35,695 bases of DNA from an uncultured virus (IMG/VR IMGVR_UViG_3300025402_000005) (Duplodnaviria; Heunggongvirae; Uroviricota; Caudoviricetes): IMG/VR virus record IMGVR_UViG_3300025402_000005. One strand, given 5' to 3'. A program made the position numbers and the translations under genes. Shown in pieces: positions 26,666 through 35,695 of this stretch (position 1 is its first letter; the number at the start of each line of letters is the position of its first letter). The notes under the pieces are model-generated. The model saw only the letters and a list, made by a program, of their open reading frames with translations, was not told the DNA's origin and searched no databases.

Positions 26666-28384
26666 TTGGTGAGCTCGATTGATTTCTCGCCTCCGAGTTA
26701 TCGTGCAGCCTCCTCTGATCTAACAATCTCGATCTCCCCACTAGGTCTTGTAGAACTAGCGGATGAAGAGTTTGAGGTTCACGGTCCCCGCCTTAACCGT
26801 TATTCCCTTAACTGGGCTATGTATCTTGGTCACCACTGGTCTTACCGCCGTCAGACAGGCGAAACCCAGCTGGCTCTTAACTATTATCGCGCCTTTACAG
26901 ATTTCGTAATTAACTTTACTTTCGGTAAAGGGGTCTCCTTCCGTTCCCCGAAAGAAACGGAAGCCATTGTCCCAGACCTGCTCGAAAGAGTTTGGGAGAC
27001 AGATAACAACAAAGCCACAGTACTGTGGGAAATCGGTCAGCAGGGATCTGTTTCTGGTGACTGCTTTATCAAGGTCGCTTATGAAGAAGGTTATAAAGAC
27101 CCCGCTGGTAGAGAACACCCTGGACGAGTTCGTATTCTTCCCCTGAACTCTTCTTTTGCTTTCCCAGAGTTCCACCCCCATGACCGCGAGCGCTTAATCC
27201 GATTTAAGCTTAAGTATCGTTTTTGGGGAACATCACTAGAAGGAACACGTCAAGTATTTACCTACACGGAAATCTTGACAGACGACATTATCGAGGAATA
27301 CATAAATGACGAACTCATTGACTCGCGCCCTAACCCACTTGGTGTCATCCCTGTTATTCATATTCCGAATGTTCGTATCAGTGGTAGCCCTTGGGGTCTC
27401 AGTGATTGCAACGACATTATTAACATTAACCGCGCTTACAATGAAACCGCTACTGATATTGCTGACATTGTTAACTACCACGCGGCACCGGTTACGGTCA
27501 TCATTGGCGCAAAGGCCTCACAATTAGAAAAGGGCGCCAACAAGGTATGGGGCGGACTTCCAAAAGACGCTCGCGTTGAGAATCTTGAAGGCGGAGCTCA
27601 AGGACTAAAGGGAGCTATGGACTTCTTGGCAATGCTCAAGAAGTCTATGCACGAAATGGTAGGTGTTCCAGAGACAGCTCTTGGACAAGCAATGCCAGTC
27701 TCAAATACCTCTGGTGTTGCTCTTAGCATCATGTTCCAGCCTTTGATGAACCGCTACCACCAGAAAATCGTTCAATATGCACACGGTCTAGAACGCATCA
27801 ATGAGCTAGTTTTGTTAAGCCTAGCCCTTAAGGAACCAGAAGTATTTACTTGGGATCCTGTAACTAAGACCACACCTTTAAAGCCTGGGCAGTTGGCTCA
27901 ACTAGATTTTAATGACTCAATCACCTATCGATCGATTGTCCACTTCCCACAGCCACTACCACTAGACAAGCTGATTGCTATCAATGAAGTTCAATCAATG
28001 CTTTCTCTTGGTCTTGAGTCTAAGGAAGGCGCTTTGCGCATTTTGGGTGAAGAGTTCCCAGCAGAGAAGCTTACTGAAATCCGTCAAGAGCTTCTTGATG
28101 ACGCTAAGGCTGATGGGGCGCTTAAGTTGCTCCAGACTCAGATCGAGAACGACATCATGAACCTTACTGGTATGCAATCCCCACAAGGCAAAGAGGCAGC
28201 CTCACCTGTAGAGGCTAACCCGGAGACTGGTCAAGGCATTCCTCAGTCCACACTCCCACCAGTAGTAGATGCGGCAAGCATTGAGGCTCAATCAGGGGAG
28301 CAACAACTACGAGTCAACCTCGTAACTGAAGCTTACGGAACATCACTCCCTAACAGGAAGGTTCCGCGAGACTACGAAAAATAA
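26666..28384 (+). CDS. Portal protein (SPP1 gp6-like)
   Basis: Size and position; NPLG-x-IPV-x-H-x-PN...G-x-SD...IN-xx-YN; SGVAL motif. Confidence 0.9.
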   Translation: MVSSIDFSPPSYRAASSDLTISISPLGLVELADEEFEVHGPRLNRYSLNWAMYLGHHWSYRRQTGETQLALNYYRAFTDFVINFTFGKGVSFRSPKETEAIVPDLLERVWETDNNKATVLWEIGQQGSVSGDCFIKVAYEEGYKDPAGREHPGRVRILPLNSSFAFPEFHPHDRERLIRFKLKYRFWGTSLEGTRQVFTYTEILTDDIIEEYINDELIDSRPNPLGVIPVIHIPNVRISGSPWGLSDCNDIININRAYNETATDIADIVNYHAAPVTVIIGAKASQLEKGANKVWGGLPKDARVENLEGGAQGLKGAMDFLAMLKKSMHEMVGVPETALGQAMPVSNTSGVALSIMFQPLMNRYHQKIVQYAHGLERINELVLLSLALKEPEVFTWDPVTKTTPLKPGQLAQLDFNDSITYRSIVHFPQPLPLDKLIAINEVQSMLSLGLESKEGALRILGEEFPAEKLTEIRQELLDDAKADGALKLLQTQIENDIMNLTGMQSPQGKEAASPVEANPETGQGIPQSTLPPVVDAASIEAQSGEQQLRVNLVTEAYGTSLPNRKVPRDYEK

Positions 28385-28502
28385 GCGTTTACGCTGACAC
28401 TTTCGTAGTGTAAAGAGAAAATAAGAATACACGTTAGGTCATTTGTGCTACGGGCTTCGGCTCAATTCGGATAACGACCCCTAGGATACTAAGGATATAA
28501 TC

Positions 28503-29294
28503 ATGGCAGAAACAGCAGAACAGATGGCAGCCGCTTTTGAAGCAGAGGCCAATGTCGCTCCAGTCGTAAATGTGTCGGGCGTTGACGCGCCTACTGTTGC
28601 AATTGGACTAGAGAACGACTCCACCAAGTCTTCAAAGTTTTATACTGAAGATGATTTGGCTCGTGTTCGTTCACAAGAAAAAGAAAAGCTTTACCCTCAG
28701 ATCGATGAACTGAAGGCTAAAGTATCTGCTCTTGAAAAAGAAAAAGAAGAAAAAGCAGCTCGTAAAGCAGCTGAAGCCGCTGAAAAAGAGGCTCAGCAAA
28801 AAGCTAAGCTCGAAGAGGATCTAGACACTAGAGGACTCGTGGAGCTTAAAACTAAAGAGTTGCAAGAGCAGTTGGAGCGTGAGCGTAACGAACGCGAACG
28901 TGCCTTCGCTCTTCTGGAGCGCGAACAAAAGTTTGCTGAACTGCAAACATATCGTCAACAACTTCTTGAACAAGAACGTGACAATATTATTCCGGAACTG
29001 CTTGATTTAGTCAGCGGGAATACCCCTGAAGAAGTTCAAGCAAGTGTTGAAGGATTAAAGTCACGGTCAGCAAGAATATTTGAATCGGTGCAGGAAGCTT
29101 CGCAAGCAACCCGCCGAGAAATGGTTGGTACAAAGGCAACTTTGCCACCAGCAGGACCACTGGAAACTAATTCGGAACAACGTTCGTTAACGGCGCAAGA
29201 AATTGCGTCAATGTCCATGGATGAATACGCGAAATACAGACCTCGAATCATGAGCGATTCCGCTCGTGGTAAGACTCGTGGACTTTTCGGCTAA
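28503..29294 (+). CDS. Capsid scaffolding protein
   Basis: Glu/Lys coiled coil; MSM-x-EY C-terminus; directly upstream of the capsid gene. Confidence 0.8.
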   Translation: MAETAEQMAAAFEAEANVAPVVNVSGVDAPTVAIGLENDSTKSSKFYTEDDLARVRSQEKEKLYPQIDELKAKVSALEKEKEEKAARKAAEAAEKEAQQKAKLEEDLDTRGLVELKTKELQEQLERERNERERAFALLEREQKFAELQTYRQQLLEQERDNIIPELLDLVSGNTPEEVQASVEGLKSRSARIFESVQEASQATRREMVGTKATLPPAGPLETNSEQRSLTAQEIASMSMDEYAKYRPRIMSDSARGKTRGLFG

Positions 29295-29331
29295 ACCCAC
29301 TTAATTTAACAACTATCTAGGAGTCATATAA

Positions 29332-30402
29332 ATGGCATCAGGAATTACAGGTACCGGCAATCTTGCCGCGTCACCAACAGCGTACTCAGGTACCAACACC
29401 CAGCTGACTCAAGCGATTCAGACAATCTGGTCCAAGGAAATCTTGTTCCAAGCAATGCCTATCCTTCGCTTTGAGCAGTTCGCAGTCAAGAAGACTGAAC
29501 TCGGTGTTGCTCCTGGTCTTCAGATCAACTTCATGCGTTACAACAACCTCGGTTTTGCTTCACCGCTCGTCGAAGGTGTTCGTATGCAGACAAACGCCCT
29601 CACAGCACAGCAATTCTCAATCACAGTAACAGAGCATGGTTATGCTCTTGCTGTTTCAGAGCTCTTGCTCAATGCTTCATTTGATGACGTAATGGCTTCT
29701 GCCTCACGTCTTCTCGGTCGTAACATGGCTATCTACCTTGATCAGCTTTCACGCGACACCCTGTACTCAGCTTCTTCAACCATCTACGGTGAAGATCGCT
29801 CTAACGTAACCGCTGTTAACAGCTGGTACGCATACGGTACAGAAGGAACCAGCCGCGCAAGCATGACCGGTTCATACTACCTCACACCTCGCACCATCAA
29901 GGATGCTGCCGAGACATTAGCCACAAAGAACATCCCTCGCCTCGGTGAGACCTATGTTGCTTTCGTGCACCCACACCAATCACGTCGTCTCCGCGACATG
30001 CCTGAGTTCATCGAAGTCACGAAGTATGCCGCTCCTGGTAACTTCATGCTCGGTGAGATCGGTCGCCTCTACGACACAGTATTCATTGAGACCACTCAGG
30101 TTCTCAAGGTTGCTGGTGGTGCTGGTTCTGGTTACTCAGCTGATACAACTGTTGCTAACCCAGTTGTAGTTCCTGGTGGAGGCTACACAACCCCAGCAAC
30201 ACTCACCGGTAACGGTGCATCTGACCGCTACTCAGCTATCTTCATTGGAGATAACGCGTTCGGTCACGCGATCTCACTTCCAGTCGAACTCCGCGATGGC
30301 GGTATCTTGGACTTCGGTCGTGAGCACGCACTTGCTTGGTACTCAATCTTCGGTCTTGGTCTAATTACAGATCAGAGCGTAGTAATTGCGGAGACCAACT
30401 AA
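29332..30402 (+). CDS. Major capsid protein (N4-gp56-like HK97 fold)
   Basis: HPHQ-xx-x-L, GEIG-x-LY-xx-x-FIET and DFGR-x-H-x-LAWY motifs; strong codon bias; downstream hairpin. Confidence 0.92.
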   Translation: MASGITGTGNLAASPTAYSGTNTQLTQAIQTIWSKEILFQAMPILRFEQFAVKKTELGVAPGLQINFMRYNNLGFASPLVEGVRMQTNALTAQQFSITVTEHGYALAVSELLLNASFDDVMASASRLLGRNMAIYLDQLSRDTLYSASSTIYGEDRSNVTAVNSWYAYGTEGTSRASMTGSYYLTPRTIKDAAETLATKNIPRLGETYVAFVHPHQSRRLRDMPEFIEVTKYAAPGNFMLGEIGRLYDTVFIETTQVLKVAGGAGSGYSADTTVANPVVVPGGGYTTPATLTGNGASDRYSAIFIGDNAFGHAISLPVELRDGGILDFGREHALAWYSIFGLGLITDQSVVIAETN

Positions 30403-30423
30403 GAAAAACTTAATAGCTTAAAG

Positions 30424-30447
30424 GGCGGGGGCGTTGAAACCCCCGCC
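30424..30447 (+). terminator. Hairpin after the capsid gene
   Basis: ggcggggg-cgttgaaa-cccccgcc. Confidence 0.7.
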
Positions 30448-30481
30448 TTATCTAACAGAGACACTAAATTGGAGAAAACTA

Positions 30482-30847
30482 ATGGCAAAAGCAAAGCCCA
30501 CTGATGTAACAGGTCGTATGCGCGAGCAACTTCAAGAGCAAGCATTTTCAGCTCAGCAAGATGCCGCAAACTCAATGTCGATGGCTACAGCTCAGGCGAA
30601 AGTAGACCTAGAGACCACCACTATCGATGCAACTCAACCTAACCGCGCCACAGTTATTGTGGATGATGCGATTACAGTTGGAGCCACTGAAGAAGATGAA
30701 GTAGAAATCCGTGTAGTACAAGATCTTGAAAACATGACTCTTGGACATGGAAATAACTATAACTTTAAAGCTGGTCAAAAGTACAAAGTTAAGAAACATG
30801 TAGCCCAGCACCTTAAGGAAAAGGGTTACTTGGCAGGAGTTATCTAA
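30482..30847 (+). CDS. Head-associated hypothetical protein
   Basis: GGAG SD; G-xx-Y-x-V-xx-x-VA-x-HL-x-EKG C-terminus. Confidence 0.75.
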   Translation: MAKAKPTDVTGRMREQLQEQAFSAQQDAANSMSMATAQAKVDLETTTIDATQPNRATVIVDDAITVGATEEDEVEIRVVQDLENMTLGHGNNYNFKAGQKYKVKKHVAQHLKEKGYLAGVI

Positions 30848-30865
30848 GCATAACCTGTTAGGAGT

Positions 30866-30892
30866 GGGCGCCTACGGGCGCCTTCTTCGTTT
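30866..30892 (+). terminator. Intrinsic terminator
   Basis: gggcgcc-tacg-ggcgcct followed by a T-rich tract. Confidence 0.75.
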
Positions 30893-30952
30893 GTAGAGAT
30901 TTTTCAAGCGCTATGCGCCATCATTATACATACCGTAATGTAGGGAGTTTCT

Positions 30953-32041
30953 GTGGCTGCTTTATCTGACATTCTCTCTAGAGTTCGTTTAGAGCTTGGG
31001 GATCAGCAAAAAGCCTTCAACTTTACCGCCACTGGCGATGGAACAACTACCATATTCCCCACAGGCATTAAGCCTATTGAAACAACTAATCTCTATGTAA
31101 CTATCAATAGTAACCCTATTGCCTATCCTTATGGATATACTATCGAGGAAGATACTGGAATTATCACCTTTGTCACAGCTCCAGCAAATAACGCCACTAT
31201 CTTTGTAGAGGGTCTTCAAGATCGTTATTTTTTAGACTCTGAACTATGTAATTTTATTAATGATGCTGTAAACCAGCATACATATAACCGTGTAGATTCT
31301 TTTGGCACTCAAGTGACTATCTCATCATTAGATGCTGTTGAGGAATATCCAGTTGCTATTTTAGCTACCATTGAAGCTCTCTGGGCTTTGGCTACAGACG
31401 CTGCATTTGATATTGATATTCAAGCCCCAGACGGTGTTAATATTCCCCGATCTGAGCGCTATCGCCAATTAACAGGAATCATTCAACAACGTTGGGAACA
31501 ATACAAGACCCTCTGTGCACAATTAAATGTAGGTCTGTGGAAGATTGAAATGGGAACTCTTATTCGGACATCCCGCACAACTAACAAGTATGTTCCTATC
31601 TATGTTGGTCAAGAGGTAGATGACTCCCGCAAGCCGGAGAGAGTTTACATTAAGAACAACCTTACAGGTAAATCCCCCCTACCAACTAATGCTCAAAATT
31701 ACGACATTGTCCTCTATCAAGGTAATAGCTATGCTATTGAGTTTGATTTCCCATTTGACGCTTCACTATTCACTTGGGCCGCTCAAATCCGCACTTACCC
31801 AAATGCCCCTTCAATCTACGCCAACTTTACCGTAAATATCTTGTCTTACTCATCTGCTATCAGCAAAGTCCAACTAACCCTAAGCGTAAACGACACTCAA
31901 TACCTACCTGTTCGTGGGTTCTGGGATCTACTTGCCACTGAAGTATCTAACTCACAGGTGGCGATCACGTACCTAAAAGGTCAAGTATTCGTAACTCAAG
32001 CTGTAACCGACTCTTCTGGCGCCTTGAATGGAAGCTGGTAA
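30953..32041 (+). CDS. Probable head-tail connector/neck protein
   Basis: Position; RVR-x-ELGD N-terminus, GDG-x-T-xx-F insert, beta-rich C-terminal domain. Confidence 0.6.
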   Translation: MAALSDILSRVRLELGDQQKAFNFTATGDGTTTIFPTGIKPIETTNLYVTINSNPIAYPYGYTIEEDTGIITFVTAPANNATIFVEGLQDRYFLDSELCNFINDAVNQHTYNRVDSFGTQVTISSLDAVEEYPVAILATIEALWALATDAAFDIDIQAPDGVNIPRSERYRQLTGIIQQRWEQYKTLCAQLNVGLWKIEMGTLIRTSRTTNKYVPIYVGQEVDDSRKPERVYIKNNLTGKSPLPTNAQNYDIVLYQGNSYAIEFDFPFDASLFTWAAQIRTYPNAPSIYANFTVNILSYSSAISKVQLTLSVNDTQYLPVRGFWDLLATEVSNSQVAITYLKGQVFVTQAVTDSSGALNGSW

Positions 32042-32044
32042 TAA

Positions 32045-35000
32045 TTGAGCTACTGCAACTCTTGTAATAACTGGCCTTGTCAATGCGCAATCCAGGTAGT
32101 TACCCCTGCACCAATAGTCATCAGCGTAACTCCTGAGACTAATACCAACATTCTTCCAGGGTTTACCGCACAAGGTATTCAGGGAACTCAAGGTAAGTTG
32201 GGCGCACAAGGCGTTGCTGGACAGTACGCTGCTCAAGGTATTCAAGGAGCAACGGGAGCACAAGGTTATGGGTATGCACAGTCACAAGGTATACAGGGGG
32301 CACAAGGGGTACAGGGGCTGGTGGGAGGGCATGGTTCCCAAGGAACCACTGGACGATCAGGTGTGCAAGGCTATACAGGAGCTCAAGGAATCCAAGGCGT
32401 TCAAGGTACGCAAGGTCTATTAGGCTTGCAAGGTACGCAAGGAACGCAAGGAACTCAAGGAATCCAAGGCGTTCAAGGTACGCAAGGTCTATTAGGCTTG
32501 CAAGGTACGCAAGGAGTTCAGGGCGTACAGGGCAACACAGGTATTCAGGGCGCGGTAGGTACACAAGGCGCAACTGGAACGCAAGGCACACAGGGCGTTC
32601 AAGGTGTTCAGGGTACACAAGGCGTTCAAGGCTTGCTTGGCTTGCAGGGCGTTACTGGCGCTCAGGGCATGACTGGCTCGCAAGGAACAACGGGAACTCA
32701 AGGCGCAACAGGTACACAAGGAACCGTTGGCACACAGGGAACTATTGGCTCGCAGGGCGTTCAGGGTGTTCAAGGCCGTCAAGGTACAAACGGTATTCAG
32801 GGTACTAACGGAACTCAAGGCATCACCGGACTTCAAGGATTGCAAGGCAATCAAGGCACAACAGGTATTCAGGGTTCAGTTGGCGCACAAGGCACTCAGG
32901 GAGTGCAAGGGCTTCAAGGCGCTCAAGGCTTACAAGGGCTTCAAGGATTAGTTGGCCCATTAGCTTCTAATAACGCACACGCTTCTGCTCGCGTTGCCTC
33001 AACTGCCGATCTTAACGCTACTTATGCCGCAGGTTCAGCCGATGCAGGCGGTGGCTTTGGTATTGGCGCAAAACTTACGCATAATACAAACGGTGCTATT
33101 TCAATTGATGGCGTATCGCTATCCCTTAATGATCGCGTACTTGTTAAGAATCAGACTAACGCTCTTTACAACGGTATTTATACAGTTACAACAGTTGGAA
33201 ATATTATTGCGCCGTATGTTTTAACTCGCGCTACTGACTATAACAACTCAACTGCTGGTCAGGTTGAATACGGAGATTATCTTTTCATAGTTGCTGGTAG
33301 CACTCAATCAAGTCAAAACTATATTCAATACAATGTTGGTACAGGCACTAACGGCTACATCATCATCGGCACAGATGCCATCAGTTTTGCTCAAACCGCA
33401 GGTACAGGCCCACAAGGAACTCAAGGCACTATCGGAGCGCAAGGAATTACTGGAACTCAAGGAACTACGGGTATCCAGGGTGCTATCGGTACTCAGGGTG
33501 CAGTTGGCTTGCAAGGATCAACAGGCGCACAAGGTACTACTGGTATGCAGGGTACTCAGGGAACAACTGGTAACACAGGTTCTCAAGGCACAATCGGTAT
33601 TCAAGGAACCACAGGTCAGACTGGCTCACAAGGTACAACAGGCTTGCAGGGTTCTACTGGTGCAACAGGATCAACTGGCGCGCAGGGAACAACGGGTAAC
33701 ACAGGCGCTCAAGGCACACAAGGTTTAATCGGCGCACAAGGAACTCAGGGTATTCAAGGCTCATTAGGTGTACAAGGAACTATTGGAACTTTAGGCTCTC
33801 AAGGAGTTCAGGGGTCTCAAGGGCTTGCAGGTTCACAAGGTACCCAAGGAACTCAGGGATTACAAGGAGCTCAAGGTTTCTTAGGTAATACTGGCTCCCA
33901 AGGTGCTCAAGGAACGCAGGGTGCTCAAGGTATTCAAGGCCCACAAAGCTCACAAGGAACTCTTGGTATCCAAGGTGCCCAAGGCCTGCAAGGCTCTCAG
34001 GGTATTCAAGGAAACCTCGGAGTTCAAGGTGTCGTATTCGGCGCGGCCGCTCCTGCCAATCAAGGCGTACTCTGGGTTAACACCACGCTGTCCTCTAGCT
34101 CTATTCAAGGTATTCAGGGCACTCAGGGCGCACAAGGCGCGCAAGGAACTCAAGGCCTTCAAGGCGTATCTGGCCCTTCAGGTGTCATATCCGTAACCGC
34201 GCCAATAACAAACTCAGGAACTTCAACCTCAGCAAATATCGGTTTAGGTATCGGCTCATCTCTCACAACTTCAGCATCTAACCTCATAGTAGATTCAACG
34301 ATTGTCCCGTATCTTGCTAATGCAAATACTTTTACTGCAGGGCAAACAATCGCGCCAACATCCACAAGTGTTGTTCCACTTACCATAAATTTACCTTCTG
34401 GTTCATCTCAAAACCTAATAAACTTACAAAATCAAGGGTCAACATATTTTTCTGTTGCAGCTTTTGGTTATACAACCATTGTTGGTGGATTTAGTTCTGG
34501 AAGCTCCAGCGCAGTAAACTCTACCAACGCAACTACGCCAATTTTTAAGGTAAAAAATGCAGCATCTCAAACTGCCGATATTCAACAAAATCTGAACTCA
34601 TCAAATACAGTCCTTTCAGGAACAAATGCCGCTGGACAGATATACGCAGGAACAAATGCCGCTGTCGTTGGCAATACCTCTACCAACCTCACCTCTGCCG
34701 CATACACATCTGCCACAGTCGCAGTCTTTACCTATGGCGGAACTTCACTTATAGCAGCAGGTCAGACCGTGACGGTGGCTGGTGTAACTGGCGGAACTTA
34801 CAATGGAACATGGCAAGTTCAATCACAAACAACAACAACTTTTACAGTTTATTCAAGCACATCTGCATTTACTAACGTTGCAGGTACAGGCGGAACTGTT
34901 CAAATTTCTCCTACCCTATCTGCTACAGCAAATACCTCTGCAACTACCCCAGTTATTGTAAAAGCAGCAACATCTCAAACAGCCAACCTTACAGAATGGC

Positions 35001-35101
35001 AAAGTCCATCAGGCTCAGTGCTTTCAGCAATTGATAGCTCAGGGAATTTTACAAAGGGCGACGGTGCTCAACTAATAATAGCAAGTCAGATGTTTAGTTA
35101 A
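32045..35101 (+). CDS. Collagen-like (Gly-X-Gln/Thr) fibre protein
   Basis: Long GXQ triplet runs; internal IDG...DRVLVKNQ...NGIY domain; Ser/Thr-rich C-terminus. Confidence 0.9.
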   Translation: MSYCNSCNNWPCQCAIQVVTPAPIVISVTPETNTNILPGFTAQGIQGTQGKLGAQGVAGQYAAQGIQGATGAQGYGYAQSQGIQGAQGVQGLVGGHGSQGTTGRSGVQGYTGAQGIQGVQGTQGLLGLQGTQGTQGTQGIQGVQGTQGLLGLQGTQGVQGVQGNTGIQGAVGTQGATGTQGTQGVQGVQGTQGVQGLLGLQGVTGAQGMTGSQGTTGTQGATGTQGTVGTQGTIGSQGVQGVQGRQGTNGIQGTNGTQGITGLQGLQGNQGTTGIQGSVGAQGTQGVQGLQGAQGLQGLQGLVGPLASNNAHASARVASTADLNATYAAGSADAGGGFGIGAKLTHNTNGAISIDGVSLSLNDRVLVKNQTNALYNGIYTVTTVGNIIAPYVLTRATDYNNSTAGQVEYGDYLFIVAGSTQSSQNYIQYNVGTGTNGYIIIGTDAISFAQTAGTGPQGTQGTIGAQGITGTQGTTGIQGAIGTQGAVGLQGSTGAQGTTGMQGTQGTTGNTGSQGTIGIQGTTGQTGSQGTTGLQGSTGATGSTGAQGTTGNTGAQGTQGLIGAQGTQGIQGSLGVQGTIGTLGSQGVQGSQGLAGSQGTQGTQGLQGAQGFLGNTGSQGAQGTQGAQGIQGPQSSQGTLGIQGAQGLQGSQGIQGNLGVQGVVFGAAAPANQGVLWVNTTLSSSSIQGIQGTQGAQGAQGTQGLQGVSGPSGVISVTAPITNSGTSTSANIGLGIGSSLTTSASNLIVDSTIVPYLANANTFTAGQTIAPTSTSVVPLTINLPSGSSQNLINLQNQGSTYFSVAAFGYTTIVGGFSSGSSSAVNSTNATTPIFKVKNAASQTADIQQNLNSSNTVLSGTNAAGQIYAGTNAAVVGNTSTNLTSAAYTSATVAVFTYGGTSLIAAGQTVTVAGVTGGTYNGTWQVQSQTTTTFTVYSSTSAFTNVAGTGGTVQISPTLSATANTSATTPVIVKAATSQTANLTEWQSPSGSVLSAIDSSGNFTKGDGAQLIIASQMFS
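32382..32515 (+). repeat. 62-bp exact repeat at 72-bp period inside the collagen region
   Basis: 32382-32443 equals 32454-32515. Confidence 0.85.
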
Positions 35102-35122
35102 AGGTATGGTATAATATAAAAC

Positions 35123-35497
35123 ATGGCAACTTATAGCAAACAAACATTACAGCCAACATCAGGAACTTCAACTTCTGGTATTCCAATTCCTGTGGCGGGA
35201 ACTACTTCAGCATCCCCTACAACTATTCATACTACACAGAATTCAGCTACAGCATTTGATGAAGTTTGGTTATATGCTACAAATATAGATACTGTTGCTA
35301 GAACTTTAACAATTCAAATTGGTGGGTCTTCTGTTGTAAATCAGATTCAACAAACAATTCCCGCCAACTCTGGGTTAACTCTTATAATTCCAGGGCTTAT
35401 TCTTGCGGGGACGGGATCTGCTGGAAATACAGTAACAGCATACGCGTCAGTAACAAACGTTGTAAACATCTCAGGCTATGTAAACCGAGTCGCATAA
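35123..35497 (+). CDS. Fibre-associated small structural protein
   Basis: T-x-IHT...DEVWLYA-x-N...GL-x-L-xx-PGL-x-L...NI-x-GYVNR motif. Confidence 0.8.
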   Translation: MATYSKQTLQPTSGTSTSGIPIPVAGTTSASPTTIHTTQNSATAFDEVWLYATNIDTVARTLTIQIGGSSVVNQIQQTIPANSGLTLIIPGLILAGTGSAGNTVTAYASVTNVVNISGYVNRVA

Positions 35498-35695
35498 TGG
35501 CAGAGGGATTTAAGCGCGGAGAAGTTGGCTCACAGGTCAATTCATGGATGCCATCTACTAACACAGTTACACCAAGCGGATTCACTTCTTCAATCGCGCC
35601 CTTTGGCTTACAATTACAACAAACAATCAACGCTGGAACTACCTCAGTCACAATCCCTGCTGGTATCACATTTGTTTATGCCATCGCAGTTGGTG
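35497..35695 (+). CDS. N-terminal part of a probable glycine-rich tail protein (truncated by the window)
   Basis: TAATG coupling; TIPAGITFVYAIAVG. Confidence 0.6.
   Translation, partial: MAEGFKRGEVGSQVNSWMPSTNTVTPSGFTSSIAPFGLQLQQTINAGTTSVTIPAGITFVYAIAVG

Noticed and set aside
28435..28485. Structured leader or riboswitch upstream of the scaffold gene
   Set aside because: Only short imperfect stems (one TTCG loop) are visible; not supportable without covariation data.
24723..35669. Minus-strand and alternative-frame ORFs within terminase, portal, capsid and collagen genes
   Set aside because: Explained by codon bias and triplet periodicity of the real genes.
1..35695. Stop-codon reassignment, or a diversity-generating retroelement targeting the fibre
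   Set aside because: Core genes are intact in the standard code; no reverse transcriptase or adenine-variable TR/VR pair was seen.

Overview
Segment of a tailed dsDNA actinobacteriophage genome, probably lytic. The host assignment rests on WhiB, DUF4192-like, DUF7455-like and PASTA-domain genes. Bases 1-7.9 kb are a leftward early/accessory region of about 25 short genes (including ArdC, WYL_2-like, DUF4192-like and YubB-like). These genes sit in seven cassettes, each with its own predicted promoter, separated by a conserved multi-part spacer: an 11-bp-period ATAAC direct repeat, CCCGGCTA repeats, a (CT)n tract, a hairpin, GGGNGGGTGGG-CAACACAAACA, and a terminator. One spacer carries a perfect bacterial parS palindrome. 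After a GC-rich divergence point (~8 kb) come rightward small genes, an FkbM methyltransferase and many small basic proteins. Two endonuclease genes have captured the start of their downstream genes. A C5-cytosine methyltransferase is split over several frames and contains an overlapping EcoHK31I-beta-like ORF. Further right are virion-type proteins, whiB and a transglycosylase on the minus strand, a lysis cluster, then terminase, portal, scaffold, major capsid and a collagen-like fibre. All family assignments are by motif recognition from memory; no searches were run.
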